64,000 nt of DNA from positions 3,454 through 67,453 of the IMG/VR virus record IMGVR_UViG_3300018080_000104; one strand, written 5' to 3'. The DNA is from a virus. Taxonomy: Duplodnaviria; Heunggongvirae; Uroviricota; Caudoviricetes. The position numbers were made by a program, and so were the translations under genes. Shown in pieces: positions 17,435-26,484 of this stretch. The notes below the pieces were generated by a model that saw nothing but the letters and a program-made list of their open reading frames with translations, had not been told where the DNA came from and did no database searches. Every line of letters starts with the position of its first letter. Position 1 is the first letter of the stretch.

Positions 17435-18211
17435 ATGGACAAACCGTTTACTACATTCCGTGAAATTGGTCACAGAGGACGGCTCGGCAACCAGCTGTTC
17501 GAAATTGCCGGCACCATAGGCATTGCCGTAAAACACGGATTTGACTATTTCTTTCCGCCGTGGAAGCCCGGCCGCCGGTTTATACACGAGCTGCCAACAC
17601 GGCCGATGCGGGAACTCCGGCGCATCCCAACATACCCACCTGCGAGATGGATGAAAGAGCCCTACGACATCCACATAGAAGGCACGACGAATTTCGCAGC
17701 GCACTTCGAGTCAATCGACTGGTTCAGACACTGCCAGGATCTTATTCGCTGGCAGTTCGAGCCACAGCCTACCGCCATACAGCTGTTGCAAATGCGATAT
17801 GCCGCGGCTCTAGCAGCCGATCCGTGCGCTTTGCACATTCGCCGCGGTGATACTACACGGATTTCCCACCGATACAAACTCTGGACTACGGGCTACTACG
17901 ATCGCGCTATGGCGCATTTTCCGGATTCAATATTCTTGCTGTTGTCCGATGACATGCCGTGGGTTCGCAAACACTTCAAGGGGCCACAATTTATATACGT
18001 GGACAAACAGCCGCCATACATGGATTTGTTTTTGATGACGCTGTGCAGGAAACACATCATTTCTAATTCGACGTTTAGCTGGTGGGGCGCCTGGCTGGCC
18101 AACGACAGCCGCGTTGTTTACCCTTTACCCTGGAATGCCCGCAGGCCGTATCCGATTGGATTGTTTCCTGACCATTGGAAAGAAGTCGACAGCTTGCGGA
18201 TCAATAGCTAA
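17435..18211 (+). CDS. Alpha-1,2-fucosyltransferase family (GT11)
   Basis: GRLGNQLF, LHIRRGD, LSDD..W, IISNSTFSWWGAWL. Confidence 0.93.
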   Translation: MDKPFTTFREIGHRGRLGNQLFEIAGTIGIAVKHGFDYFFPPWKPGRRFIHELPTRPMRELRRIPTYPPARWMKEPYDIHIEGTTNFAAHFESIDWFRHCQDLIRWQFEPQPTAIQLLQMRYAAALAADPCALHIRRGDTTRISHRYKLWTTGYYDRAMAHFPDSIFLLLSDDMPWVRKHFKGPQFIYVDKQPPYMDLFLMTLCRKHIISNSTFSWWGAWLANDSRVVYPLPWNARRPYPIGLFPDHWKEVDSLRINS

Positions 18212-18229
18212 AAAAGGCCCCAAAGGGCC
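18204..18229 (-). terminator. Intrinsic terminator
   Basis: GGCCC/GGGCC stem then TTTTTTAGCTA. Confidence 0.7.
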
Positions 18230-18242
18230 ACTCCCGGCGGTT

Positions 18243-18458
18243 TCAGGCGGCCAGTTGCCGCAGCTCTCTCAGCTGCGACAATGCCTCGTCTTCCGTGACG
18301 ACCGCGATGTAATCGCAGGCGGGCGTCCTGCCCAGGTTGACGACTGTCAACTGCTGACGGTCGCCAACCTCTTCCAGCACCACTTCGATTCCGTTTGGGA
18401 ATCGAAATTCCCAAACGCCGTCTCCGTAATGCCGGAGCACGTTGTCAGACATGCTCAT
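18243..18458 (-). CDS. Hypothetical protein
   Basis: GAGGAGAATGAGCATG start context; own promoter and terminator. Confidence 0.75.
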   Translation of the reverse strand: MSMSDNVLRHYGDGVWEFRFPNGIEVVLEEVGDRQQLTVVNLGRTPACDYIAVVTEDEALSQLRELRQLAA

Positions 18459-18525
18459 TCTCCTCAAGGGGGTTAAACGGGTCCAATATATATTGCCGGA
18501 TAAACCCGCGTTTTTTAGCTGTTTT

Positions 18526-18564
18526 GATAGCTAAAAAAGCGGTTTGCAATGACTGCAAACCGCT
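18526..18564 (-). terminator. Intrinsic terminator, copy 1 of duplicated sequence
   Basis: AGCGGTTTGCA/TGCAAACCGCT; 31-nt identical copy at 19043-19073. Confidence 0.9.
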
Positions 18565-18586
18565 CCCCGACGCTGGCAACAGGCCG

Positions 18587-18913
18587 CTAGTCCGCAACCT
18601 GTCGCCATTCTTTTTCGTCGTCGTACTCCCGCTGGATTACGACCGGATACCCTTCTCCGGCCTTTGTAGGGGAAATGGGCTCGTGGCCGTGCTGCTCGTG
18701 GTTTAGAGCAGCCCCGTCGTTGGCGCTGACCCACATTTCCTTGTCCAGGGTCATTACGTCACCGCTTTCCAAACGGTGTGCATGCCCGGTGACTTCTCCC
18801 CGGGCGACAATGTTATCCGGTACACGGACAGCATTGCCGGGAATCTTTGTAGGTGCCAGGAGCATTACGTCCCCGTGGCGGTACACCGCCTTCTTCTTGT
18901 CGCTCATACTCAT
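18587..18913 (-). CDS. His-rich hypothetical protein (YRHGDV..GEVTGHAH..HEQH..QREY type)
   Basis: Recognisable motif set; AAGGAG RBS. Confidence 0.8.
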   Translation of the reverse strand: MSMSDKKKAVYRHGDVMLLAPTKIPGNAVRVPDNIVARGEVTGHAHRLESGDVMTLDKEMWVSANDGAALNHEQHGHEPISPTKAGEGYPVVIQREYDDEKEWRQVAD

Positions 18914-19040
18914 TCTCCTTGTAAAAAGTGCTGGTGGCAGTCGATAGGCCCACTGTAAAGGTTCGCGGGAAACATGCTGCCCGTGATGGCTACAACAGCG
19001 TCCTTGCACGCTTCAAGCATTTTCTCCCATACGATTGGCG

Positions 19041-19073
19041 GTAAAAAGCGGTTTGCAATGACTGCAAACCGCT
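19041..19073 (-). terminator. Intrinsic terminator, copy 2
   Basis: Identical stem-loop to 18534-18564. Confidence 0.9.
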
Positions 19074-19090
19074 TCGAGGCACAACAATTT

Positions 19091-19531
19091 CTAATCGAGG
19101 TATTTAATCTCGTCGACCTTTGTGTCCCACATCAGCCATCGATCGCCCGCACGCTTGAACATGTGGACGCCTTTGACTCTGTTGTCGCGGAAGTCCTTCG
19201 GCCCGGCTGCCCACCGGGTTGTCATGGTAAAACGGCACTTTGCCGTATCACCCTCTACGGCGATGACTTTGTGCTCGTCGAGGGTTGTACGAAAATCCCA
19301 CTTTTCGTACAGCTGAGCAGTTACCTCTTCCGTGAGCTGCCTGACCGGGGAGTCCGGATGAATGGTCGCCATGTACTGCTTGACGTCCTCGGCATTGTGG
19401 GCCGCCAGCTGGGTCATAAGCGTGGCGCTGACCGCCTTGTTGGGAGTTTCCTTGGCCGCGTTGTCGACGGCGCAGACCAGCCCGAAAAGTACGCTCCACA
19501 CAAAAAACGCGTGAAACTTAAAATCGCGCAT
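19091..19531 (-). CDS. Secreted NTF2/SnoaL-like protein
   Basis: Signal peptide; AHNAEDVKQYMATIHPDS and beta-rich C-terminus; GAGGAGGAG RBS. Confidence 0.7.
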   Translation of the reverse strand: MRDFKFHAFFVWSVLFGLVCAVDNAAKETPNKAVSATLMTQLAAHNAEDVKQYMATIHPDSPVRQLTEEVTAQLYEKWDFRTTLDEHKVIAVEGDTAKCRFTMTTRWAAGPKDFRDNRVKGVHMFKRAGDRWLMWDTKVDEIKYLD

Positions 19532-19611
19532 CGCACTCCTCCTCCTCTTTCTTTGAACGGGAAAAGAAAACAGTAACCAGATCCACCTTATAATGCCGCA
19601 GTTCTGGCATC

Positions 19612-19636
19612 TGTTTAGTCTACCAACAGACTAATT
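19612..19636. promoter_or_regulatory. Palindromic operator-like site, copy 2, overlapping upstream part of promoter
   Basis: TGTTTAGTCT-N6-AGACTAATT. Confidence 0.6.
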
Positions 19637-19651
19637 AGATTAGACTTTGCC

Positions 19652-20053
19652 CTACGTAATATTAACGTCAAGGCCAGGGACTAGTCTGCTTTCGCCTTCG
19701 CGAGTAACAGGTGTATCATTGCTGGGCTCCATCGTGCCGCCGCCTTCGGCATAAAGGGCCGGAATGAGCCTGACAGCCCCCGCAAGGGCCAGCTCTATTC
19801 CGAAACCTTGCACGCCAGTCAGATAGAGTTGCGGCGGGTGCTCCAATAGGAATGTTCGAGCAAACTCTACGAAGTGATTGATTGCCAGCGATGCCGCTCT
19901 TTGCTCGATCTCTGTGGGCAGCTGATCAAACAATTCTTTTGTGGGTGGCGGCGCCGGTGAATCGCCCTCGTCCGCTAGCTTGGCTTTCATATATACGCGT
20001 AGCAGCAATTCGAACAACTCAGGAATTTCCCGTTCAGGATTCGTGTCTGGCAT
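19652..20053 (-). CDS. Hypothetical protein
   Basis: AGGAG RBS; tiling. Confidence 0.7.
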   Translation of the reverse strand: MPDTNPEREIPELFELLLRVYMKAKLADEGDSPAPPPTKELFDQLPTEIEQRAASLAINHFVEFARTFLLEHPPQLYLTGVQGFGIELALAGAVRLIPALYAEGGGTMEPSNDTPVTREGESRLVPGLDVNIT

Positions 20054-20285
20054 CGCCTTCTCCTGTTATTTGAACTCTACGTAATTGCCTTCGTGGCACA
20101 TTAGTATATTGTATAAACTTAGCTTCTGTGCTGCCACTATCTAAATCTACCTGCAGTTCCATATGTAGGCTTAGCGGATCAATGTTCGGCAGTATTATTC
20201 CCATAATCCTTATTTGCTGCAAGCCCTCCGAATCCTGATATATCTGCCATTCCGTCATCACGAACTTGACTGTCGTCATTGCCAT
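20034..20285 (-). CDS. Hypothetical protein
   Basis: Tiling ORF, overlaps neighbours. Confidence 0.5.
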   Translation of the reverse strand: MAMTTVKFVMTEWQIYQDSEGLQQIRIMGIILPNIDPLSLHMELQVDLDSGSTEAKFIQYTNVPRRQLRRVQITGEGDARHES

Positions 20286-20757
20286 TTGCAGTTTCGCTTT
20301 CTTGTAAAGCCGCTGCCCAAGCTTGCTTTTCTGCCTCCGTGCATAACGCCTGATTTCGCGATGTAATCAGCATCCCGAGTTTTTTTACTGCATGCACATA
20401 TTTGGGCTCGGCATTGATAGCCGCTAGTCCGCCAAGAATCATTTCTCGTATTTCGTCGGGCGCACCACTGACGAAAGTCAGTAGTTGCGCCGGATTTGGC
20501 TGGAATCCCCACTGCTTGATGAACGCCTGTTCCGCTTCCTGTTGTGCCTGTGTGTAATACGCCTGCATCGTCTTATAGACAGAACCGCGAGGACGATTCT
20601 TAAACGCGGGCTTGGGCATGCAACATTTTTTGTATTTCACACCGCTGCCACAAGGACAAGGATCGTTGCGCCGGGGCGATCGCTGCTTTTGCAACTGTCT
20701 CTCGGGAATTGCTTTGCCCGTAATTGTTGTATACTTTGGCGATCGACTGCGTTTCAT
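20179..20757 (-). CDS. SEC-C motif protein
   Basis: RNDPCPCGSGVKYKKCC. Confidence 0.85.
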   Translation of the reverse strand: MKRSRSPKYTTITGKAIPERQLQKQRSPRRNDPCPCGSGVKYKKCCMPKPAFKNRPRGSVYKTMQAYYTQAQQEAEQAFIKQWGFQPNPAQLLTFVSGAPDEIREMILGGLAAINAEPKYVHAVKKLGMLITSRNQALCTEAEKQAWAAALQESETANGNDDSQVRDDGMADISGFGGLAANKDYGNNTAEH

Positions 20758-21200
20758 CGGATGTCCTGGAATAGATCTATCGGTGGCTTGGGCGCAGCAG
20801 CGGGTTCTTCTTCTGACGCTGCCGGCTCCGCGGGCTCTACAGGCTCTGCCGCAGCTATATCTGGCACAGGCGGCGGAGGTGCCGGTGCTGCCGGCGACTC
20901 TATTGGCGGCGTGACTTTGGGCATAGCCACAATTCTTGGCTTATCCGGCGTCACTACAATAGGTGCGACAACCCGCTTTCGCGGCTTCTGCATCTTGGCT
21001 TGTTTCGCCAGCGCCAACAGCCCGAGCTGTTCTGCCAGACTCATCGGCTTTGCAGCATCAGTCTTCGGCTTGACTGGGCGCTGTGCAGGCGGCTGCTGGC
21101 ACACAGGTACTTTAGACTGCTCTACCTTTCCAGCAGCAAGCCGCTTGAAAAAATTCTGGCGGTGGTCGACTTGGTTCATCACTCTACGTTGGTTTATCAT
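20754..21200 (-). CDS. Pro/Ala-rich hypothetical protein
   Basis: AAGGAAG RBS; ATGA overlap. Confidence 0.7.
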   Translation of the reverse strand: MINQRRVMNQVDHRQNFFKRLAAGKVEQSKVPVCQQPPAQRPVKPKTDAAKPMSLAEQLGLLALAKQAKMQKPRKRVVAPIVVTPDKPRIVAMPKVTPPIESPAAPAPPPPVPDIAAAEPVEPAEPAASEEEPAAAPKPPIDLFQDIR

Positions 21201-21286
21201 TTGTTTTCTTCCTTAGAAATGGGCAGGATGGTCGTCTCCGAACCATCCTGCCTGACTCCGCCTATCCTACTGCATGCAACATGGTA

Positions 21287-21571
21287 CTATTCCAGCAGGT
21301 ACACGCGCCGGCCGAAAAGGCCGCCTCGGATAACAACTGGACGGCCCGGAGCATAGACTGGCCCGCCTATGTAAGTCGGATACAGTCTGGAAGGCGCTAC
21401 GTACGCCGGCCCCCTGATCACCCCCGGAATTGTATAAACAGGCGTCGAATAGACGGGCGCTGTCGAATACCAAACGGGATTGGCGCCATAGAGCGCGTAT
21501 TGTGCAGATGCCGGTGTCGCAATGAACACGATCGTAATGACAGCCAGTATAGCCGCCAGCAGTCCTTTCAT
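21287..21571 (-). CDS. Small secreted Tyr/Pro/Val-rich protein
   Basis: AAGGAG RBS; signal peptide ending PASA; repeated PVY units. Confidence 0.75.
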   Translation of the reverse strand: MKGLLAAILAVITIVFIATPASAQYALYGANPVWYSTAPVYSTPVYTIPGVIRGPAYVAPSRLYPTYIGGPVYAPGRPVVIRGGLFGRRVYLLE

Positions 21572-21582
21572 AGTATGTCTCC

Positions 21583-22635
21583 TTAGCTGAGTACAGATTC
21601 CCACGTCTGCTGGAATTGTTGTTTTCGAACTGCAAGTCCTTCTTTTGTTGCCTGTTTCATTTTCCACAAAGTGCGCGGATTTTGCAATAGTGACAGCAGT
21701 GCTTCTATCAAAAGGGCGTAATTGCCGACAGCATTGGGCATTCCCAGCCAATTGCTCTCGAGATCACACGGCAGAAGCAAGCTGTTCCGTTTGTGCCTCA
21801 AATACTCATTTTGTGGGGGTATATCCCAGGCCAATACAGGAACACCCATACACAGCGAAGTTAGCCCTATCAATGCCAGGCTTTCATAGTGTGCTGCCCA
21901 ACACGTTAAACAGCTGGTATTGTACAAGCTAAGCCGCTGCATCGCTGTTGGCCGTTCGACACAGATAAACTGATCGGGATGCGTTTTGCACAATTGCCGC
22001 AAACGTCGTATCGCCCACAGCGACCAGCCTGTGCCGCTAGCAATGGTAAACCTTGCGCGCTCCTCAGTTTCTACAATTGACTCTAGCGCGTCGAACAACA
22101 ACCGCTGATTCCGTTTAGCCTGGGAATCATACAGAGGCACAAAAATGTCGATCTTATCGCAGATTATTCGGCTATTCGTGCCAAACGGTATTGGCACGTC
22201 CCACGGCGCAATGCGCGCACGAAACGCTGATCCCGTTCCGCCGCATGCCCGGCACACCGCTTCACCTGCACAGGCATAAGGAAATACAACCGTATCAAAC
22301 TTGGCAATAACTTCCTTGTGCATGGGTGCCAACTTTTCCCACACTGCAAGCAAAATAGTTTGAATGCCGCGGTTGGCTGCCCATGCCAACTCGGCCATGC
22401 TCGGCGGATGTGTCCACACGATGTGCGAACAGCGAGATGCCCATTGCTTGAATGGCGTTTTTCGTTCAGCGACTACGCGCTGATCCCAATATGGCGATAT
22501 CTCTTTTTTACAGATATCTCGCGCCAGTATGGTCGGCCGCAACCCTAGCTGCTGTGCTAGTTCGGCAATATGGATACTTGCCCAAGTGATTTCGTCCGAG
22601 AACCATCGCGTTACCAAGCCCAGCTGGTCGGACAT
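21583..22635 (-). CDS. GT-B fold glycosyltransferase (GT4-like)
   Basis: YESLALIGLTSLCMGVPVLAWDIPPQNEY resembles the E-x7-E / G-x-P-V region. Confidence 0.75.
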   Translation of the reverse strand: MSDQLGLVTRWFSDEITWASIHIAELAQQLGLRPTILARDICKKEISPYWDQRVVAERKTPFKQWASRCSHIVWTHPPSMAELAWAANRGIQTILLAVWEKLAPMHKEVIAKFDTVVFPYACAGEAVCRACGGTGSAFRARIAPWDVPIPFGTNSRIICDKIDIFVPLYDSQAKRNQRLLFDALESIVETEERARFTIASGTGWSLWAIRRLRQLCKTHPDQFICVERPTAMQRLSLYNTSCLTCWAAHYESLALIGLTSLCMGVPVLAWDIPPQNEYLRHKRNSLLLPCDLESNWLGMPNAVGNYALLIEALLSLLQNPRTLWKMKQATKEGLAVRKQQFQQTWESVLS

Positions 22636-22663
22636 AGTTATTCCCGCGCCGTAAAGATTTCTA

Positions 22664-24637
22664 CTACACCGGCGGCGCTGCCATGCTTCGCTGCTGTGAT
22701 TGCTGCGCAATTTGTCGCTGCATAACCAAGCCCTGCTGCTTTGCCTGGTTATCCAGCGCCTCTAGCGCAGATTTGACTGTCGCGTGCAATACCGGATGTC
22801 TGGTTTTCAGCTTTCGCAGGCTGCTAATCCGCTGCGATGGTGGCATGCCAAATATCTGCTGCGCTAACGTGTTTGCCATTTCATACAGCTCTTGCGGCGT
22901 AATGGATTCCAAGTCGGATACCGGCAACTGCGCCAGCATAGCATCGACGGGATCCACAGGCGTTCCAGGCACATCGCCTGGCGGTACGCCGGCTGCTGAC
23001 GGCGCGCCTCCGGAAGCGGCAGGTTCCGCGACTGCCTGCGCACCGCCAGCAACCCCATCCGCCGCAGGTGCTCCCGCAGGAGCACCACCCCCAGGCCCAG
23101 CGATTTGCCCAGAGGCCATCATGTTTCCTAATCCAGCAGCTTCTAGCTCCTGCTGCACTTCTTGTGAACGTTCGGCGACATACTTCTGCTCGTCGAACAG
23201 TCTGTCCTGCTCTTCGTTGAATTTCAGCCCGACGCTCTTCAACCCGGTAGTCTGGCTGATTTGCTGCCCCATCATGAGTTGCAACTTAGCCAGCTGCCGA
23301 TTGAGATCATCGGCATGGGCCGGGCGCTCCAGCCGGGCAGTAACTTCGTCCCATGCGAGCGCAGCGCTGATCTTATTAACGATCCATTGCAGTAGTTTAT
23401 TGAGCATGTAAGCCAAATGACTCCAGCTGGACTCCAATAAACGTAACGCCGTGGGCGCTGCCTGCAACGTAAGCGACCCCTTGTAGAATTCGACTGGAAT
23501 GTTGATTGAATTGAGCAGCGTATCTACGCCCTGATCCATCAGCTGGTATGGCGCCATTTGGCTGGCTTCGGCGCCTAGCGCTTGATAACGCACAGGGAAA
23601 GGCAACGTAAACCACGAAGTCGGGTCTATCCGCCGCCTGGCAAGCAGAGCATTCAACATGCCAGTAACGCCGCCCATGTCTGCAGAAAACAAAGGATCGC
23701 CCATCATACCGTTCTGTCCGCCGGAGCCGCTACGGGGTTCCGGTGTAATTACACGGAACGGGATGACATAATCGAGTGCAATGGCCTCATTGAAACGATG
23801 CAGTACCTGCACATACCAGGCTTGACGGAAATTCGTGAGCACTCGGCTAATCCCCCATCCTCTATTCAGCACGCCGCAAAGTGTATCCTCTTTAGCGTGG
23901 TAAATGATGTCGGGATTAAACAGAATGTGTTTGTTCTGTTGCACTGCCTGCACCACTTCCCACGGCGCCCGGCTGAGTATGTGTAGATTGCCGCGGTTGA
24001 TGAAATCCTTGTAGTACTGGGGAATGCGCCACACGTGTGCCGTTGCTTCCGAGTACGGATCCCAGATCAATTCCAATTCATGGATGTTCCAGCGCTTTAC
24101 GGTTATGTCGTCCTCTTCCGCCGTCCGCCTGTCGACGTGCGTCCACTTTCCAGTATATCCGCATGTTAGACATGTTGCGCGAAACTCGCCGCCCGTCCAT
24201 TTGAAATTGAATCGGCTGTTCGTGGCCATTCTGTTCATAGGCACTTCAAAGCCGCATTTCGGACAAGACAAATGTCTCCGAAACGGAATTACTACTGACG
24301 CGACATGATTGCCGTAGCAACAATAATCGAGCGCCGCGAGCTTAAGCACCGACATGATGCCTAATTTGTTGTGCAGGTAATCAAGATATAATTCCTTGCC
24401 AGCACGATCCGTGCCGTCGATTTCTATTTCGGTCAAAAAGTATGCAATGATTCGTTCGATGGCGGAACGATATACTCCGTTGTTCAGGAGTATATATTCG
24501 CAGAATTTGAGCGCGTGCGTAAACGTCGCCGGCATCGCAAGCGATGCATAATCTGCAAATGGATCAGGAAATGGCTGGACTCCCCGCTGCGACGTCATAG
24601 TCGTCGACTGCGTGAAGTTTGACAGGAGGAAGGTCAT
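22664..24637 (-). CDS. Probable portal protein with Zn-finger insertion
   Basis: Size and helical character; FPDPF..YRSAIERI..F N-terminus; CPKC/CLTC; Gly/Ala/Pro linker; alternative start 24598. Confidence 0.55.
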   Translation of the reverse strand: MTFLLSNFTQSTTMTSQRGVQPFPDPFADYASLAMPATFTHALKFCEYILLNNGVYRSAIERIIAYFLTEIEIDGTDRAGKELYLDYLHNKLGIMSVLKLAALDYCCYGNHVASVVIPFRRHLSCPKCGFEVPMNRMATNSRFNFKWTGGEFRATCLTCGYTGKWTHVDRRTAEEDDITVKRWNIHELELIWDPYSEATAHVWRIPQYYKDFINRGNLHILSRAPWEVVQAVQQNKHILFNPDIIYHAKEDTLCGVLNRGWGISRVLTNFRQAWYVQVLHRFNEAIALDYVIPFRVITPEPRSGSGGQNGMMGDPLFSADMGGVTGMLNALLARRRIDPTSWFTLPFPVRYQALGAEASQMAPYQLMDQGVDTLLNSINIPVEFYKGSLTLQAAPTALRLLESSWSHLAYMLNKLLQWIVNKISAALAWDEVTARLERPAHADDLNRQLAKLQLMMGQQISQTTGLKSVGLKFNEEQDRLFDEQKYVAERSQEVQQELEAAGLGNMMASGQIAGPGGGAPAGAPAADGVAGGAQAVAEPAASGGAPSAAGVPPGDVPGTPVDPVDAMLAQLPVSDLESITPQELYEMANTLAQQIFGMPPSQRISSLRKLKTRHPVLHATVKSALEALDNQAKQQGLVMQRQIAQQSQQRSMAAPPV

Positions 24638-24652
24638 GGGTCCGTCCTTGGA

Positions 24653-24811
24653 CTACTGCGCGGTTGCTTCGGTTTTGTCTGCAACTGTATCGGCCATTCG
24701 CTTGACTGGATCCTGCGCTAACTGTTCGATTGTTTGTGAAGACGCCTGTTTTTCTTTGGCATCGCTCTCGGGCTTCGTTAGTCCGCGCTTAATAACACCT
24801 TGCTTTTCCAT
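24653..24811 (-). CDS. Small protein (52 aa, MEKQGVIKRG..EKQA..)
   Basis: GGAGG RBS; manual translation; K-Q-A motif. Confidence 0.65.
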   Translation of the reverse strand: MEKQGVIKRGLTKPESDAKEKQASSQTIEQLAQDPVKRMADTVADKTEATAQ

Positions 24812-24848
24812 ATGAATATCCTCCATGAATTTGCATATCTTGAAAAGG

Positions 24849-26087
24849 TCATTGTGTAAGCTGGATGGCTGCCGGCATCTGGATTTGTCCGGCCTCCTCG
24901 TTTGTGTCTTGATTCAGCGAATGCTCGCTCTTGATTAGCAGAATGCAAAGATCGTAGTCAAGAAACGGAAACTGGATTCCTGTCGTATGGACACGGTATA
25001 CCACGTCCTGCCCTTCGATGTGTGCAGCCATATCTGCATCCGTCGCTAACGGAAAGTTGCGAGGATAGCCGATAGCTCGTCGATCGAATACCAGCACCAA
25101 GTTTGCATCGTTTCTGATGATCTGGTGATAGTATGCTTCCTGTTTGAACGGAATGCCGTGAATCTCGAACTCGACCCGGAAAGTCGGCGGTTTGGCGGGC
25201 ATTTCTGCGTGTTTTTCCTGCAGCCGTTGCTGCTGGGGTAAAAGCGCATCAAATAACGACGTTGGCGCTTGCTGCTGTTGCACTACGTTGACAGACGGAT
25301 AAACCGGCTGCTGCTGCTGTTGCACAGGCTGAATCGGCTGCTGCGGCATCTGTTGCGACTGTGGCGGCATCTGCTGTGGCTGCTGCCAGCCGTCCAATGA
25401 CGCCGCTTTAACAGGCTGTGGCGCTGAAATTACAGCGGGTTGCTGTGGAATCGTTTGACCCACTTGCGGCTCAATACCTGTTAGTTTTTGCCTGCCGACA
25501 ACATCAGCAATTTGTATTCCTTGCGGAGTCTGCGTTGGCTTTTGAAACTCTTGCATCGGCTGCTGTCCTCCTCCTTCGGTGGCTGCTGGAACTACGTATT
25601 GATTCGGTAGATTAACGGGCGCCGTTCGCGCTGCTGCCTGTATTCCAGGCATCTGCGGATCCGGCATTCCGCCTGCGGCAAACTGCCGCAGTATGTTCGA
25701 AGCGTTAAAGCGGCGGTCTTCCACGGACATTCCTTGCTGCGGCATTCCTGTTGCAACCGCCCTGGCTAACTGTTCTTTGCGAATTTTAGTAGGATCGAAT
25801 ACAAAACCTTGCCCTGGAATATCCGGATCTACAAGTACCTGCGTAGCCACAGCGTCAGGATTATGTCCAACTGGCGCACCGTCCGCAGTAGATCTTCGCA
25901 CAATTGTGCCGAAAGCACCATGCCGGCCAGTGGGCACTGCATCGGCCATTGACCTGCCACCGAGTACCGTCTCTTCGGCTATACTGTGGTACTTTGCAGG
26001 ATCTAAATGACTTCCAGCTGCAAAACTATTGCTATCCCAGAAAGCGTCTTTTGCCAGCTGCTGCCCAACTAAATTATTGGTATCCAT
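24849..26087 (-). CDS. Gln/Pro-rich hypothetical protein
   Basis: AAGGAG RBS; long ORF. Confidence 0.8.
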   Translation of the reverse strand: MDTNNLVGQQLAKDAFWDSNSFAAGSHLDPAKYHSIAEETVLGGRSMADAVPTGRHGAFGTIVRRSTADGAPVGHNPDAVATQVLVDPDIPGQGFVFDPTKIRKEQLARAVATGMPQQGMSVEDRRFNASNILRQFAAGGMPDPQMPGIQAAARTAPVNLPNQYVVPAATEGGGQQPMQEFQKPTQTPQGIQIADVVGRQKLTGIEPQVGQTIPQQPAVISAPQPVKAASLDGWQQPQQMPPQSQQMPQQPIQPVQQQQQPVYPSVNVVQQQQAPTSLFDALLPQQQRLQEKHAEMPAKPPTFRVEFEIHGIPFKQEAYYHQIIRNDANLVLVFDRRAIGYPRNFPLATDADMAAHIEGQDVVYRVHTTGIQFPFLDYDLCILLIKSEHSLNQDTNEEAGQIQMPAAIQLTQ

Positions 26088-26126
26088 AAATGGCTCCTTG
26101 ATTCATAACCCAGTGTACCATGTATT

Positions 26127-26178
26127 GATAGCTAAAAAAAGCCCGAGACTACCCCCACACGGGGGTAAGTACTCGGGC
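26127..26178 (-). terminator. Intrinsic terminator with TTTTTTTAGCTATC tail
   Basis: GCCCGAG/CTCGGGC and TACCCCC/GGGGGTA stem. Confidence 0.85.
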
Positions 26179-26184
26179 GTCGGC

Positions 26185-26484
26185 CTACTCCTCGAACCAA
26201 GACCGTTCTGCGTTCGTCGCCGCAACGAGTGCCTCAATAGGCACATCGCAGAACCATAACCTCTTCGACGAACGGACTGCCAGCATAACCTTTTGATTTA
26301 AGACTACGCCGGCCTTTATGTCCCCGTCGACGTTCTCTGTTACAACTGTGGCCCTGTCATCGCGCCAGTAAGGATAAATAACAGGGTCACTCTCATTGAC
26401 CTCCTGGAGCCACAGCGTCAAGTCGACGCTGTCGACGAATTTGAGGATTTTCCAGTCGGCTTTCCAGTCTTCTTTCCCTTCCAC
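26185..26484 (-). CDS. Hypothetical protein
   Basis: AAGGAGG RBS before GTG. Confidence 0.65.
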   Translation of the reverse strand: MEGKEDWKADWKILKFVDSVDLTLWLQEVNESDPVIYPYWRDDRATVVTENVDGDIKAGVVLNQKVMLAVRSSKRLWFCDVPIEALVAATNAERSWFEE

